Shown piece by piece: positions 25,675-27,806 of a DNA stretch of 27,806 nucleotides. The stretch's first letter is position 1; the number at the start of each line of letters is the position of its first letter. A program made the translations under genes and the position numbers. The stretch lies in assembly GCA_945860575.1 (NCBI GenBank), contig CAMAQQ010000001.1, positions 1-27,806 on the forward strand. The letters are read 5' to 3'. This stretch comes from Ferrithrix thermotolerans DSM 19514. Lineage in GTDB: Bacteria; Actinomycetota; Acidimicrobiia; Acidimicrobiales; Ilumatobacteraceae. A model generated the notes under the pieces. That model did no database searches, was not told the DNA's origin, and worked only from the letters and a program-made list of their open reading frames with translations.

Positions 25675-25746
25675 AAACGGCGCAACTCTTGCGAGCGCGA
25701 CTCCCAGTTGGGGGGTTACCCCGCCCGGTGATCTTGCGACATTTCT
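25632..25746 (-). ncRNA. Candidate structured cis-regulatory RNA or sRNA, family not identified
   Basis: GC-rich island in an AT-rich spacer with three GNRA-capped hairpins on the minus strand and two mutually exclusive pairings (see findings). Confidence 0.5.
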
Positions 25747-25822
25747 ATTCTCACTTTAGACACGATTAACAGGTATCAAACAAATTTTGATAGAAATAAT
25801 CAACATTTAGGTACAGTCATAT

Positions 25823-26635
25823 CTATAGGCCAAGCTCTTTGCTTCGCGCGGTTGCTGCGTGTACCGCTGCTGAGATAATTTCTGCGAATTGCTTATTCTC
25901 AAGCGCGGCAATGCCTGCGGCCGTTGTACCATTCGGAGAAGTAACATTTTGTCGCAATTTTGCTGGACTCACATCACTTTGTGCCAGCAACGCTGATGAT
26001 CCGACCAAGAGTTGCCGAACTAGGTCATTGGCAACTTCGGCCGACAACCCTTGTTGCACGCCGGCATCAATTAATGCCTCGGCTAACAAGAAGATATACG
26101 CTGGGCCACTTCCAGATAAGCCGGTCACTGCATCAAGCAGATTTTCTTCAACTTCGACAACTTTGCCGACACTGAGAAGAATTTTTCTCGCCCACGAAAT
26201 CTGATCACTTGAACAGTTAGCACCAGCCGCCATCGCCGACGCACCCTGACCAATTAGCGCAGGAGTATTCGGCATGGCGCGCACAACCGAAATTGAATTT
26301 TGACATGCAATTTCAATTGATGCAATCGTTACTCCGGCGGCAATCGACAGCAACTGCTCAACGCCAAAATTTTTAAATGTTGAACAAATTTCAGAAACAT
26401 CATTAGGTTTCACTGCGATTATGACCGAATCACATTTCAACATTTGTTCTGAGATTTGTGTCTGCGGAAAATCTTTACGCAAAATTGCTCGCCGCTCGTC
26501 ATTGCTCTCAACAATCGCCAGTTCACTGGGCTTCAAAAAATTATTGGAGACCAACCCACGGGATAATGCAGCCCCCATATTGCCCCCGCCAACAATGACC
26601 AACGACGGGTTGCTCACGACAAGATCACCCTGCAC
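25823..26635 (-). CDS. proC: Pyrroline-5-carboxylate reductase
   Basis: IVGGGNMG, IIAVKP, LSIAAG, VRAMPNTPALIG, TGLSGSGPAY, VTSPNGTT. Confidence 0.97.
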   Translation of the reverse strand: MQGDLVVSNPSLVIVGGGNMGAALSRGLVSNNFLKPSELAIVESNDERRAILRKDFPQTQISEQMLKCDSVIIAVKPNDVSEICSTFKNFGVEQLLSIAAGVTIASIEIACQNSISVVRAMPNTPALIGQGASAMAAGANCSSDQISWARKILLSVGKVVEVEENLLDAVTGLSGSGPAYIFLLAEALIDAGVQQGLSAEVANDLVRQLLVGSSALLAQSDVSPAKLRQNVTSPNGTTAAGIAALENKQFAEIISAAVHAATARSKELGL

Positions 26636-26637
26636 AC

Positions 26638-26665
26638 GCTAATTAGCCTAATTAGGTTAATTAGC
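26638..26665. repeat. Three tandem copies (9-bp period) of the palindrome CTAATTAG
   Basis: CTAATTAG 26639-26646, CTAATTAG 26648-26655, TTAATTAG 26657-26664. Confidence 0.7.
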
Positions 26666-27199
26666 CGAGTTAGACGCACTCGAACCACCTAACGGCTTCC
26701 CCGACCGCTCAGTAATTCGAGTGCTACTGCGTTGTGTGCGCATGGCTTTTGCTTTGGCAAAGCCAATTTCTAGGAGGCTCCAAAAAAGTTGCTCAACCAC
26801 TGAATACATGGTGCCGATTGCACGATCTAGTTCTCTTTCGGCGAGAGCGGTAAGAACCAATTCGCCGCGAAGAAATATCGCATCTTCAACTCCGATTGAA
26901 AAATGAGCACCAACCAGTTTTTCGTTGCGACGCAAAATCGTCTCGTATAGAAGCTCAGCGTTTTGTTCTGGCGCAGGCATCACATAGGTCTCATAGCGCA
27001 AAGTTCTCTGACCGAGTGTCAACCAAATTGTCGTGAAATCTTTTTCTTCTCCACGCATTCTGATGAACCACCTAATTTCGTCACCTTCTGCACGGTCGAC
27101 TGCTTCGATGTTCGTATAGCTCGCTCGAATCCGCCCTAGCCATTCGTCGATTTGTCGCTCAACACGGGCGATCGCCGCGTCGTCGAATAAATCGCTCAC
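26657..27199 (-). CDS. YbjN-domain (type III secretion chaperone-like fold) protein, start probably GTG 27199
   Basis: RWFIRMRGEEKDFTTIWLTLGQRTLRYETYVMPAPE..LYETILRRN; next to mshA as is usual in Actinomycetota. Confidence 0.8.
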   Translation of the reverse strand: MSDLFDDAAIARVERQIDEWLGRIRASYTNIEAVDRAEGDEIRWFIRMRGEEKDFTTIWLTLGQRTLRYETYVMPAPEQNAELLYETILRRNEKLVGAHFSIGVEDAIFLRGELVLTALAERELDRAIGTMYSVVEQLFWSLLEIGFAKAKAMRTQRSSTRITERSGKPLGGSSASNSAN

Positions 27200-27203
27200 G
27201 AGA

Positions 27204-27806
27204 TTATGAGCAAGCAACCAATTGTCGCGCCTCAAGAGCGTCGTATACGCCGATCACGCTGGCTGCTGTCGAAGCCCAAGAATAATTTCTTGCGCGGTGA
27301 GCAGCATGGGTGCCCATTGAAAGACTCAAAATCGGATCGTCCAAAAGTCGACGCGTATAACCGGCGAAGGTTTCAACGTCACGATTTTTGACGACATAAC
27401 CAGTTCGTTCGTGCTCGACGAGATTCAAAAGTCCACCAACGGCACTCGCCACAACTGGGGTACCACACGCTGCGGCTTCAAGCGCCACGAGACCAAAACT
27501 TTCGCTGCGCGAAGGCACAAGAACAACATCTGCAGCGCGATAATAAGTAGACAACAAATGATGCGGTTGTGGCGCAACAAAATGCACGCGACCAGTTAGT
27601 CCAAGATCAACTATCAACCGTTGAACATGACTGGTCTCACTTGAACCAAATGTTCCACTTGCTCCACCGACGACCATTAGTTCTGCATCAGTGCGCTTGA
27701 GAGCCGCCAGAGTCTGCACTGCAACGTCAACACCTTTGAGTGGTTGTATCCGTCCGACAAATAACAACAACGGCTTGTTGCCCCATCCGAGCGCATGACG
27801 AGCACC
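27204..27806 (-). CDS. mshA: GT4 glycosyltransferase, D-inositol-3-phosphate glycosyltransferase MshA-like, 5' part outside window
   Basis: Frame open to base 27806 (GARHALGWGNKPLLLFVGRIQPLKG); YYRAADVVLVPSRSESFGLVALEAAACGTPVVASAVGGL; adjacent YbjN gene. Confidence 0.85.
   Translation of the reverse strand, partial: GARHALGWGNKPLLLFVGRIQPLKGVDVAVQTLAALKRTDAELMVVGGASGTFGSSETSHVQRLIVDLGLTGRVHFVAPQPHHLLSTYYRAADVVLVPSRSESFGLVALEAAACGTPVVASAVGGLLNLVEHERTGYVVKNRDVETFAGYTRRLLDDPILSLSMGTHAAHRARNYSWASTAASVIGVYDALEARQLVACS

Noticed and set aside
25614-25685. 24-aa N-terminal extension of the DUF62 protein (MRRLSRCRRG...)
   Set aside because: It runs through the hairpin; family similarity begins right after ATG 25613.
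25642-25720. Known RNA families for the leader: T-box (GGGUUGGCACCGG), SAM-I (GGTGCCAA), 6C RNA (C6 runs), 6S RNA
   Set aside because: No stem I or specifier loop for a T-box; the SAM-I-like words are on the wrong strand without the rest of the core; the two C6 runs are on opposite strands; too short for 6S. A cmscan is still needed.
26657-26760. Low-complexity C-terminal tail of the YbjN protein as a separate domain or frameshift
   Set aside because: The frame is continuous with no second motif; most likely a drifted stop codon.

Overview
Core respiratory region of an actinobacterial chromosome. mshA, menJ-like, rex and a nuoA-N operon with only about half GC by eye suggest a streamlined Acidimicrobiia-like organism (inference). 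Bases 1-19731 hold one tightly coupled minus-strand run of at least 21 genes. Seven upstream genes (3-TM hypothetical, 2x[4Fe-4S] ferredoxin, cytochrome b6-like subunit with the heme ci Cys, subunit IV-like protein with APWY in place of PEWY, Rieske protein, diheme cytochrome c, second 3-TM hypothetical) run directly into a complete nuoA-N (nuoN cut by the window edge). A monoheme cytochrome c is divergent from this run and shares a 20-aa N-terminal motif with subunit IV. A menJ-like reductase follows it. The right third holds an exported hypothetical, rex with a likely Rex operator, a 7-TM protein, an unannotated 27-aa membrane peptide, a DUF62 SAM hydrolase/halogenase-family gene with a His-to-Ala change, a candidate structured leader RNA upstream of that gene, proC, a YbjN-family gene and partial mshA. 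I saw no tRNA, rRNA, CRISPR array or mobile element. Best candidates for a new system: the b6f-like Rieske/cytochrome b complex plus ferredoxin co-encoded with complex I, the shared N-terminal motif, and the structured leader with the variant DUF62 enzyme.
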